Shown here: positions 39,901 to 43,358 of the stretch, one piece after another
Numbering within the stretch: position 1 is the stretch's first letter
Layout: each line of letters opens with the position of its first letter
DNA from: an uncultured Pseudomonadales bacterium
GTDB taxonomy: Bacteria; Patescibacteriota; Microgenomatia; UBA1400; UBA1396
Assembly (NCBI GenBank): GCA_964447905.1
Contig: CAYUUK010000008.1
Location: 1-62,751, forward strand
Reading direction: 5' to 3'
Length of the DNA stretch: 62,751 nt
Notes under the pieces: generated by a model
The model's database searches: none
Seen by the model: only the letters and a program-made list of their open reading frames with translations
What the model was told of the DNA's origin: nothing
Position numbers and translations under genes: made by a program

Positions 39901-40354
39901 CGAAAAGTTTTGTGTCGGTAACATAATTTTTGACTGTGGTTTCCTTGCACCCGCTACTGCGGAGTGCTAATCCAAAGCGTTGCACAATCTTGCTCTTGGC
40001 AAGTTCGTGTTTTTGCGGGGAAAAACTAGTTTCGGGATGGATGAGAGTGGGCCAAGAAGGGTGTTTGTAGGCCAAAAAGTCATTAAAACGGCGCAATGAC
40101 GCAAAGTGTCGTTTGATGGTGCTCTCTGGTGAGCCCATGTTTTCCAGATGTGAGCGATAGCTTGCTAGAGCACGCCACTCAGTCGTCTCGGCAGAGGAAG
40201 CGGAAAAATGCTCGTGTGCCCACTCGGACCAGCGGTGCACATCGGAAACGTAGTTCTTAATCGTTTTTTTGGAAAGATTTTGATTGCCAAGCCACTGCCG
40301 AAATTCTTTCAGCGATTCTGCAAAGCTGTGCAGTGATGTTTTTGGGTTTGGCAT
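24935..40354 (-). CDS. Giant (5,139 aa) membrane-anchored, fibre/adhesin-like surface protein
   Basis: Uninterrupted 15,420-nt ORF with a GAGGA ribosome-binding site ~13 nt upstream. The architecture is a cytoplasmic N-terminal region, one TM helix and then ~4,800 aa of repeat-rich Gly/Ser/Thr/Asn/Asp-rich sequence with recognisable carbohydrate-binding-type modules (sub-features below). Confidence 0.9.
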   Translation of the reverse strand: MPNPKTSLHSFAESLKEFRQWLGNQNLSKKTIKNYVSDVHRWSEWAHEHFSASSAETTEWRALASYRSHLENMGSPESTIKRHFASLRRFNDFLAYKHPSWPTLIHPETSFSPQKHELAKSKIVQRFGLALRSSGCKETTVKNYVTDTKLFGDAYPAQSFDEICRKPKIAEYLTNERRNKGLTRSTVQRKEASLKRFCQWAAKEEFISENPYQTWFDKQKQAVIDAFTPLALFEKRKTGNLPSSVSGGKSEQVAQTAGALTVQRSLLGWYDQYHSWKISSYLHLGILVVFSVMIGLFGYQQFYVNVDQQFAYPSEASRPGRILNFQGRLTDSGRTPITTPINFTFRLYDAETSGNVLWDSSDAGACSIDPDQDGIFSILLGESVDGCGDEITENVFSENTEVWLEVQVSSEILSPRQRIASVPYALNSETVQGFPVDLDGGINSIPVINALGEIIIGADNPSLIASSGAFLIQGESLLFQTETGSDGDISFQPDGEGSVQVLSSTSTNDSLYISNSNLTSGNLIRGEVGNDNTTHNLISLAGGSSLDEKFVVDALGNTTIDGYLAAPGATLSATYAGSNPLVINGTGGQILTVNNNGQLSLDTQGSSGGIVIGGDTNIYRSAADTLATDDSFTIGDNLTVTNNLQATILAIGGISPQTYNAISDGGTASQASTDNDLYIEDILEVGGQLFVNGQEVTPAIQLWQENQNVLSPANSAFDLAIGGTATSSAVAQIFGIGEDAGYLQARGATLSSQLAHRSALTVQGSAGQTANLSSWQDSSGNDLVVIDESGNLGIGSANPGALLDVGGNGGAISVGDGTDASVYTTFAGDRGFVGYDNAFAVLQAGTGNGIQLNVNNGTFGSGTALAITSGGNIGIGMGTTAPGGQLEVRTTVDTEIGQIIRGVSGQSAYLSSWRNSGGSDIAYISSTGNLAVNQYVGSTSDADLIELLSGQVNITGNLATSGDIAVNGDDITSDGNLRITPTGTLTLNSTGNATIDSSGDIILDADGADIALRDGGAGFATFSNFSTDLFLDITGDDFIIPDRVTIGQTSAAGGMVNIRGGAGNAALVIDERGTQNILTASASGTTVANLDGTGNLFIEGSLADLSDGTLSIDDDLQVLGNDIYDSTGVAITFDGSQNITTYGTLTLPNSNTLTGLANYVQFSNGISVGGGTTYYVDASGNGNLNNITGAGVLDINGVGTSDIAGTLNLSGGTLTRAGGNLDITTTTSGNIALNSAGTLSLQDGNVDYAIPLSLTDTNLDLFDAADRGIIDALNYLYNNIGSGGGGGDSYWSRNSNGLLSPNQSYESIAVGGSSTASAKFHVNAVTGDVTLANGVVLNNQTTDTLQLTASTAFDIDSATLDLSTQNVDVSLATSIDALNFGSDLMSLDTSNGRVGIGTAAPNYELSVAGTISGSTAYRLSASEYLFGSTGGSDEDLLLAASGFTSLDILNGRMVIDENGNVGIGTTSPASLLNVEGGFGGNALVTLNDTFGNDILTASSSGTTRFTVGANGLLTLAYGATIDNTVDNTLALTEPTIQLVGSTAIDIDSPLIDLSTQSVDVSLTSGVDALNFGSDLLSFDTSNTFIGVGTAAPGAKFHVVDGSGGAQILMGDAGSNSAIGRIGFASTLTSGNYSLAGNGSDTYLNTPNGGDIHFRNNDNTFMLLDEQGFLRIGSSTAPTSRLALYQDAGNTDQENGITWGNDTNLFRPAANVLKTEDQFVSAVGIVIDSDGDTLPADIEFYVDGDISLSQQLQLGNYAGDPGTGIGSGALAYDSSNNVVKYFDGSNWLELTGEGATNWYFNEADTTIYPRNLEADLLIGGGSTASAKFHVNADTGDITARAATFSSSVVTQDQLRIGNFGTDPTAIGAGSLYFNTSDNQMYLFDGTQWGALSSSSGSIWYLDTADGVIRPSNITPDILIGGYSTDSAKIRLSQADGSIWLGEQKHRIYEGTEPITGNANLQITSTGDYLYVEPDLRVQGGDIYKEYQGDVIITLDEDFDETRFSGLVNATDNIKVYSIGEQSGEIYTQNTGSLNKIWTTSYDFNASGTIFQTGLQDPARNDELKLYGNSGSLTQSWTSTADFETGTKTSGIEDPSTNNELALATTDTDWSYRNWNYRQPIDITYTGGETLQEYQVLLDNIDTASLISGSKMESDCSDMRFGDDAGNELNYYIVENTCNTADTEVWVQTESFTSSGETIYMFYGNSSATSESSMADTFSYDSERTIGYVVHDTLAASTIDIFSMMNGNSITIGSGTVALDQYDNGSLTAGFFSEGSAVSAKGLFQADADVSFTDTIVPVSFASKEFAFYDRNNGINTICMVSPWGTANYTIYAGGSVDRAGSVTSSGTCIDTSSTNNTNIRVTSDIPILAVNDGGAHDIMPLTPLVKNEYLYGIGSQSLATNAGPEASTSNTTEVDSAGGNRTFSLSASSSDLASGGNFGAAPASRLISTDASISAQQHGDSDGIEATMFYERKELSTVWGAPNGADYISVAAPYASTTCSVHQGASTIGTIAGGSNTTVNHLGFGTGNSSSYVTDNWRLECDKPVYAYYQQIDTDGEHNMTGYAQMRQFTYPTPAVASPGSEETVDFATGDETWTSASYDAGAVGNFLPASLLINWTLDGSDNTAPQFQILGSNTGAFAGEETIYPNGGGSYYQDGGTYDINDGVELDVSGQVNTAHRYWRVRAILNTGATTSDTPTVQDISLIGSASFLPGERSWTSNYIMSGTGHQTQDLSFGQPNRFKATWDLDGTDNIAPKFQIQVSTNNTFAAPVTLPDGDGTYYQDGGTYDINSGEELDITADVAAAGSSMNNWNNDRYYWRVLAYLDTGSTRTDTPVIYDIQLRNHRPLILQQYGHDVGIGIVDTEATLHVEATNSGDVFKLTNEGEQLLKVDVQGNVEFGSSTNNDVKLTVYGDIFSPDETRINTDVTSILGSYLYDTSRDSDGGNWRKSSVAKTLSWYRERKDDGIGKSCTLASDDRCGNNHFPTKANIVWTADELYIFDISTNSLWMKFEQGSGNALGDTSNNDISSVTARDGHIYVGTNGTSSETGIYELDFTTDTVAYWDTTDRSESTQTISERNSGDNVFSENNHTRFALTNNKVNDLDITYHANQRHLGVATDGGLNVVNLDQPIQYEYRHAASALNSGDTITDDGSSGSDDAVNAFDFDETTYVRSDAANNTLTVTYQFASAKAIQRYGVRPSDNTSNNEAPEDWTFQASNNGSSWTTLETVTNAQYRDLGALPTVRWGEINSSGTAYSYYRIVVTDPVSASADQVWIADMFLQTKHEKSAVKLYGSEFMKAKPRASSARNTTTISTRHINDWRRTNNNGEFHTTANGDTNGWVQVSYPEPLVMTQYGLVRSNDANSYPADWTLYGSNDAVTWTSLDTRSSQTFDKYVYKSYTFSNSTAYQHYRLDVSANGGDSALLDVSEFQMGAPVITASSSNNDTTADETNVIFDDAQASGNYRWLSTSSCSSGNCSEWIRYDYGATSPRIFNSYAVKGYVTSGRQIEAWALEGSNDGSNWTSLHSKADTGNPFSDTEDILTYTFSNSTAYRYYRLNISRNGGDSYVETKGFWLLGDSERMFSNSVNGDSANSAFFTIDRGDHSAYNSQAENNGDGFYVERHFPYGSAQTVSGVRWQASTASDVSGPRDITVSGSNDRLTWTELATRDGMGQIQSIHFGNSNEYQYYRFTADANNGGTQLRIDELSFVGGRYQNVRFSGSTLVGANASKGTVDIFYNIWNQDNSEVEPDDIYGKSKEVDATADVSLDSTPGMYDGTDVLNYPALTGIPEYNTKYAMEVDGGKVYFGHRYGTDIINLATTPDPDFLNLVGLSGSINTTHNVINQFGLSHYYPMETSDSEGKLNDYGLESAPSYTLNLGDADGNPTPISSGAVGRAMSFDSSQGDYVAVNDNLVGNLGNTDWAVGGWVYLDNSGAASTRHAMGTYNTCAGTNCYEGWYLGFFDSNSPIFGMCPGTDGGGCPTEKFETQLTSDAWHHVVVQERNNVGELYINGELRETFSVGSITDGGNLQFGSSGPSNTNWFQGDLDEMFLHFDYLTPNQIAAIYRQGSGTDSFSASDADIASSTTIGKTTLSLESNKYSGLILEITGGTGAGQTRLITKNNTDSLTVAPAWSTFPDSTSDFRVRPWALPGSTSQTKALRIEANDIFVGLNDGSNGGGVVRLDAQSAYVTDYYHASAGKTDDAGTAWDSTSGYDNVVGIETTQDNLLITSSTLYWREKIGDTLFEAVDKLQQAIGGTIFSNYTQDDNGTDSQDTTAQVIRKGWSWLESNDTSKEVHYGISYNTPPLVFLSVAGSLNSTLRNPTTLSQCTDLSGSNDLYASSIRENKFTAVESIANTVTCFTWMSIGSYNQALPEGNFSGGADLAEWYGTDDTSLQAGEIVSVDPSGDIKVVRSDRPQDSKAIGIIATQPAITLGDASGLTPGYDSDPQLTRGAATAVQVALAGRVPVKVSLENGPIEPGDYLTTGSTPGVAVKAISAGPTIGKAMERFDGTSTIIGLADANVDLSGDITALTASGSAAVDVNSDNATASGILSELEKNAYAELDNGIGTIMAFVNTSYFDPSYDSTTQTASAGDGTFAIDGSGKLIGLGAYSFDIVDVLRDSGTANWNVALGQFGDIPTATQSASPSALLAQRESVMDAALARLKTLGTLALRELNVANARVMDTLFARNIETDNLAATVTRTNMITPLENADVIVEIGQEGASESGQFAIFNQAGEQLATIDNSGLRTKQAVITDLENRFLTVQELLSVTGNASISGNLTAQSARFEQLASNDASISGTLYANRIEGTISSDSISGLEDRVRTIVSREREAVATSSAEVSVPENDELKSLIASLLEETATTQPSSNDDFGTIVTTPAPATGSTAWNIAMDVNIDGIITAQGLSLNSALLVNGTSLSGTELAFSSETFAIQSTGTGRLSLMADAVVISENGGVVINEDVIINGRTTLAGETIAEQSLFASLLQPLPNNNLEVQLASSNSLNTSLTDSGEAQSEITPSEFVLRGIDNQEIAAFSASGSSRFRRLIIAAEEATSTDEEISTSVVTNSTTGTGTIAAGQTKFVVRNTVISNDSLIYLTPTSSTKNRVLYIGSKSGENPDTDENEGYFEVVLDGEVDQDVSFNWWIIN
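26840..27240 (-). other. Giant protein: GADLAEWY...GRVPVKV...GDYL segment resembling tail-fibre/neck-appendage autoproteolytic (Peptidase_G2/IMC-like) domains
   Basis: GADLAEWYGTDDTSLQAGEIVSV...SKAIGIIATQPAITLGD...VALAGRVPVKVSLENGPIEPGDYLTTGSTPGVAVKA. The assignment is from memory of this motif in phage-fibre-like proteins and has not been searched. Confidence 0.35.
28170..28690 (-). other. Giant protein: LamG / concanavalin-A-like lectin module
   Basis: MSFDSSQGDYVAV...DWAVGGWVYLD...WHHVVVQERNNVGELYINGEL...QFGSS...WFQGDLDEMFLHFDYLTPNQI is the typical LamG pattern (F-D-G...D-F-T-x-x-x-W-V...W-H-H-V-A...L-Y-V-D-G...F-x-G-x-I-D-E-V-R-I-Y). Confidence 0.6.
29240..30890 (-). other. Giant protein: four tandem discoidin (F5/8 type C)-like modules
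   Basis: Four ~130-aa units each contain a Y-G/A-(V/L) motif, then (D/E)W-(T/A)-(F/L)-x-(A/G)SN(D/N)G..(W/T)W(T)-x-L, and end with ..Y-x-(Y/H)YR(I/L/F)... Examples are PEDWTFQASNNGSSWTTL, PADWTLYGSNDAVTWTSL, IEAWALEGSNDGSNWTSL and RDITVSGSNDRLTWTEL. Confidence 0.6.
31835..32585 (-). other. Giant protein: two tandem ~125-aa repeats
   Basis: The first unit reads WTSASYDAG...INWTLDGSDNTAPQFQILGSN...YYQDGGTYDINDGVELD...YWRVRAILNTGATTSDTPTVQDISL. The second reads WTSNYIMSG...ATWDLDGTDNIAPKFQIQVST...YYQDGGTYDINSGEELD...YWRVLAYLDTGSTRTDTPVIYDIQL. Confidence 0.8.
33730..34020 (-). other. Giant protein: DUF2341-like module
   Basis: WNYRQPIDITYTGGETLQEYQVLL...CSDMRFGDDAGNELNYYIVE...TEVWVQT...GETIYMFYGN matches my recollection of the DUF2341 pattern (W-x-Y-R-x-P-I...D-I-R-F...Y-Y-I-E...W-V-K...I-Y-M-Y-Y-G-N). 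Confidence 0.55.
39455..39525 (-). other. Giant protein aa ~278-300: single transmembrane helix
   Basis: ISSYLHLGILVVFSVMIGLFGY is the only strongly hydrophobic segment in the protein. Confidence 0.7.
39719..40327 (-). other. Giant protein aa ~10-212: two tandem phage-integrase SAM-like (core-binding) domain look-alikes
   Basis: SLKEFRQWLGNQNLSKKTIKNYVSDVHRWSEWA...FASLRRFNDFL, then a second copy RFGLALRSSGCKETTVKNYVTDTKLF...EASLKRFCQWA. This follows the F-x2-(W/Y)L...S-x2-T-x3-Y pattern of XerC/D N-terminal domains. No catalytic R-K-H-R-H-Y domain follows. Confidence 0.5.
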
Positions 40355-40728
40355 GGCAGGCCGTTTTCCTCTGGTATTAGACCGGATTAGACAGCTTTCA
40401 GTGTAGCGATTTTTGGTTTGAGATACAAGAGGTCTCCCAGGCTAAACGGTGGATGCAATAAAATGGGCTTTGCGGGAAATAAAGAACAGTTTCTTTGTTT
40501 TCACGAGGTAATAACTGTATGTAAATGTATCAACTTTTACACTTTCCCCCGGTTATCAACAGGAAAACATAGAGTGTGGGTTGTTTTGTTTGCGTAAAAT
40601 AGATTACAATTAATAAAACATCTGTTAGTAACCAGAGGAAAATGCACAACAGGTCAATGTGAATTTAGTAGCAACCGGCCCTCCGTCTGGTAAGGTTTAT
40701 TGCAAATACCACGCAAGGAGTGTGAAAA

Positions 40729-41526
40729 GTGAGAAGAGTATTACGGGAATCATTATTTTTACTGACTGCCGGTCAGATTGGCTCACTTGTCCGTGGCGGA
40801 CAGCCCAGAACCCAGCTATCACTCAGTTATGAGGACTTTCAGAAGTTGCAGCCAGATATGGCTGACTCATCATGGCGTGGTGCTATGTCCAAAGCGCGAC
40901 AACGTAAGTGGGTGCAGAGCCGCTCATTTTCGGGCCTGACACGCTTCCAGTTAACCAAGTATGGCAAAGAGCATATTTCTATCGATTTCACTGCCTATGA
41001 GCAGGTGAAACACCAGTCTTCGTTGTGGACTCTCCTTATCCTTCAGCCACAAGAGGGTGCGAAGCAGCAGTACGTAGCGCTCAAACGCTTACTCGATGAG
41101 CAGGGCGCTGCTCTGGTAGTACCGAGCGTGTATGCCTGGCCCAATGATCTCTATAGCCAGGCGCTGACCGCAAGTATCGAACAACTCGGTTTCCTGCCGT
41201 GCTTTATCCCGCTTGACCCTCGTAGATCTCGGCCCCTGCAACTAGATGCATTTTGGAGAAATGGCTCAGTTTATCAGAACAAAATACGAAAACTCGAGCA
41301 AATTAGCAAAGAAGCTCGTGCTCTGATAGTGAAAATACGATCAAAAAAAGAGCTGCACTATCAGCAAGAAAAGAAGATTGGAGGCCTGATGCTGTCGGGT
41401 ATATCGGTTTTGGCCCAATTTCAGTGGTATGAGCTCGATTCTGAGCTTTTAGAGCGCCTTATTGTGCCGTTTGCCGACGATTTGGACACGCTTGCCGGGT
41501 TGTACGAGTTTACCTCAAGATCCTGA
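40729..41526 (+). CDS. Hypothetical protein, possibly a PaaX-like / Cas2-fold regulator
   Basis: GTG start behind AAGGAG. The central motif WTLLILQPQEGAKQQYVALKRLLDEQGAALVVPSVYAWPNDL resembles the W-x-(I/L)V-x-F...R...L...GF...L-x-x-SVW-x-x-P core of PaaX/Cas2-like proteins. It is divergent from the giant gene. Confidence 0.45.
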   Translation: MRRVLRESLFLLTAGQIGSLVRGGQPRTQLSLSYEDFQKLQPDMADSSWRGAMSKARQRKWVQSRSFSGLTRFQLTKYGKEHISIDFTAYEQVKHQSSLWTLLILQPQEGAKQQYVALKRLLDEQGAALVVPSVYAWPNDLYSQALTASIEQLGFLPCFIPLDPRRSRPLQLDAFWRNGSVYQNKIRKLEQISKEARALIVKIRSKKELHYQQEKKIGGLMLSGISVLAQFQWYELDSELLERLIVPFADDLDTLAGLYEFTSRS

Positions 41527-41806
41527 GGGCGATATTTATTGCAAATTAACGCATCCTAAGATAAATTGCCTGCAACAAAAATTGCGTGGATTTTGCGGTA
41601 TTCACAGGATTGTTTTTCTTGCATTGCTTGTGAGGGAATACTTTTACACTTTTTGCTCCAATTGATATATATATGATGGTATTAATATACTTATAAATAA
41701 CTTCACTAAATGCAAGTATCTTCTACTCTGGATGCGTTAATAATCAAGAATAATACTCACGAAATTCACGCGAGAATAGTGGGGGTTTCTTCTGTCTATG
41801 AGGAAG

Positions 41807-42577
41807 TTAGTAAGTGGGAAGCGCGATGTAATCGATTGTCGTGGAGTAGTTTCCAGCTGCTTGGAGTCCTGGAATTGCTGCTCGGTAGACTACGGTGAGC
41901 GTGTCGTCGCGTACGACGCTGTTGTGCGCGGCGATGGTTTGTGGAGAGTCTCCATCTTCAACGTCGGCAAAGGGCCGAAAATAGGTGTTGTTAATGAAAT
42001 CTGATGCAGCGTGTGTTCCAGAAACATGAAAGCCAAAACCAGGGTTTTGCGGGTTTGTCCACTCACCAGCAGTGGAGAGAGAACAGCCGCTATCGCAGCT
42101 AGTATGCGCAATCGCCGCCGCTCCAGATCCGCCAGGTCGCCGCAGCTCATGCTGGGCCTGAGCCAAAAGGGAGTACCCGCCTGAGCGTGTGGTCACGATG
42201 AGTTGGTGACTGTTTTCGGCAAACTGGTCATCATAGAGTTCCCCGAGCGGCATACTGAGGTTAGTAATTCGGAACTGGAACTGCGGTATGGCGTAAATAT
42301 ATTGAAAGCCGGCAAAAACCTTGTACCCTGTGCTGTCATACTCTCCTGGTGCTAGCTGCCCGACAGTATCAGTTACAGTGTACCCGCCACCTGACTTTTC
42401 TCCAGATGTTGTGTTGAAGTTGCCCATCTGAATAATAAAACTGTCAGATGACATACTTTCGGTTTGTTGTGCCTGAAGGAGTTGCGGGGCGCCGAGTCCG
42501 AGCAGAATCAGGACTAAGCAGAGGAGAGCCCATTTTTTGGCTCGGGCGGCAGTAAGGTACGAAGAATGCTCAGACAT
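41807..42577 (-). CDS. Secreted beta-rich hypothetical protein (256 aa)
   Basis: Signal-peptide-like N-terminus (KKWALLCLVLILLGLGAPQLLQA). The body is Gly/Ser/Thr/Tyr-rich (SDSFIIQMGNFNTTSG...GYTVTDTVGQLAPG...GYKVFAGFQYIY) and the C-terminus reads AGNYSTTIDYIALPTY. It starts 5 nt after the stop of the upstream membrane-protein gene. Confidence 0.6.
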   Translation of the reverse strand: MSEHSSYLTAARAKKWALLCLVLILLGLGAPQLLQAQQTESMSSDSFIIQMGNFNTTSGEKSGGGYTVTDTVGQLAPGEYDSTGYKVFAGFQYIYAIPQFQFRITNLSMPLGELYDDQFAENSHQLIVTTRSGGYSLLAQAQHELRRPGGSGAAAIAHTSCDSGCSLSTAGEWTNPQNPGFGFHVSGTHAASDFINNTYFRPFADVEDGDSPQTIAAHNSVVRDDTLTVVYRAAIPGLQAAGNYSTTIDYIALPTY

Positions 42578-42581
42578 AGAT

Positions 42582-43283
42582 TTACGCAGTTATTGGTGGC
42601 TGTGAAGGTTCGTCGAGAGTGTCGGTGGCGGAGTCTATCTCCTGCATGGCCTGGGTGACTTCTTGCTCAAGCAGAGAGAGTTGCTTGCTCGCCGCAGGGA
42701 TGTTTTCAGAGAGTTGGAGAAGCTGACGGATGTAGGAAAGTTTGGGCTTTACGTACGTCCCGAGGAATAACAGTATGTGGGACTCTTGTTGCTTGAGGAG
42801 ATCATCCTCGAGTTGGTGCATATGGCGTTCTTCGCGGGCTTCTTCAAACTCCAGGCGAGCAAAGATCATGAGTGGCATCAAGAAGGGCAGAGAGAGTAAC
42901 TCGATCCACATGCCACGAGTAAGTGGGTGTACAGAAGTACTCCAGAGGAAGATGGTCAGTCCAATCATCTTGATGATGTTGGCTTCCAGGCTAATTGTCA
43001 GGACGCTCACAAACAGAATAATGTGAAATAAGGGCAAGAACGGTGACTCCAGGCTCCCGGTAGAACCAATGATCACCGCCACCGCTGTGGTGAGCAGAGC
43101 AGTTTCAAAACTTTCTGGCTTTGGGAGAATGTGGTGGAGTCGGTTGGCGGTAAAGCGTTTCGAGAGAAAGTAGACAAGCAGGAGGCCGCCGGTGAGTTGC
43201 AAAGAAATATCTCGGAGTTCCGGAACAGAAACCCAGATGTAGCTCAGAGAGAGCGCAATGATGATGAGAAGTGGTTGTAGCAT
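42582..43283 (-). CDS. Membrane protein with a C-terminal coiled-coil-like tail (233 aa)
   Basis: The tracked ORF extends to 44015, but its 5' part is antisense to leuS. I placed the start at ATG 43281-43283 (MLQPLLIIIALSL...). It has ~6 hydrophobic segments followed by EEAREERHMHQLEDDLLKQQ. Confidence 0.55.
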   Translation of the reverse strand: MLQPLLIIIALSLSYIWVSVPELRDISLQLTGGLLLVYFLSKRFTANRLHHILPKPESFETALLTTAVAVIIGSTGSLESPFLPLFHIILFVSVLTISLEANIIKMIGLTIFLWSTSVHPLTRGMWIELLSLPFLMPLMIFARLEFEEAREERHMHQLEDDLLKQQESHILLFLGTYVKPKLSYIRQLLQLSENIPAASKQLSLLEQEVTQAMQEIDSATDTLDEPSQPPITA

Positions 43284-43358
43284 GGCAGGCTCACCAAAAG
43301 TATAGCACGCACTTTTCTTGCTCCAAGCCCTGGTAGTGCATGCTACAATTGCGCTATC

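Noticed and set aside
39719-40327. Possible integrase, prophage or mobile element, suggested by the integrase SAM-like motifs.
   Set aside because: Only the N-terminal core-binding-like modules are present. No catalytic tyrosine-recombinase domain follows, there are no phage genes and no att-like direct repeats, and the segment is the head of the giant ORF.
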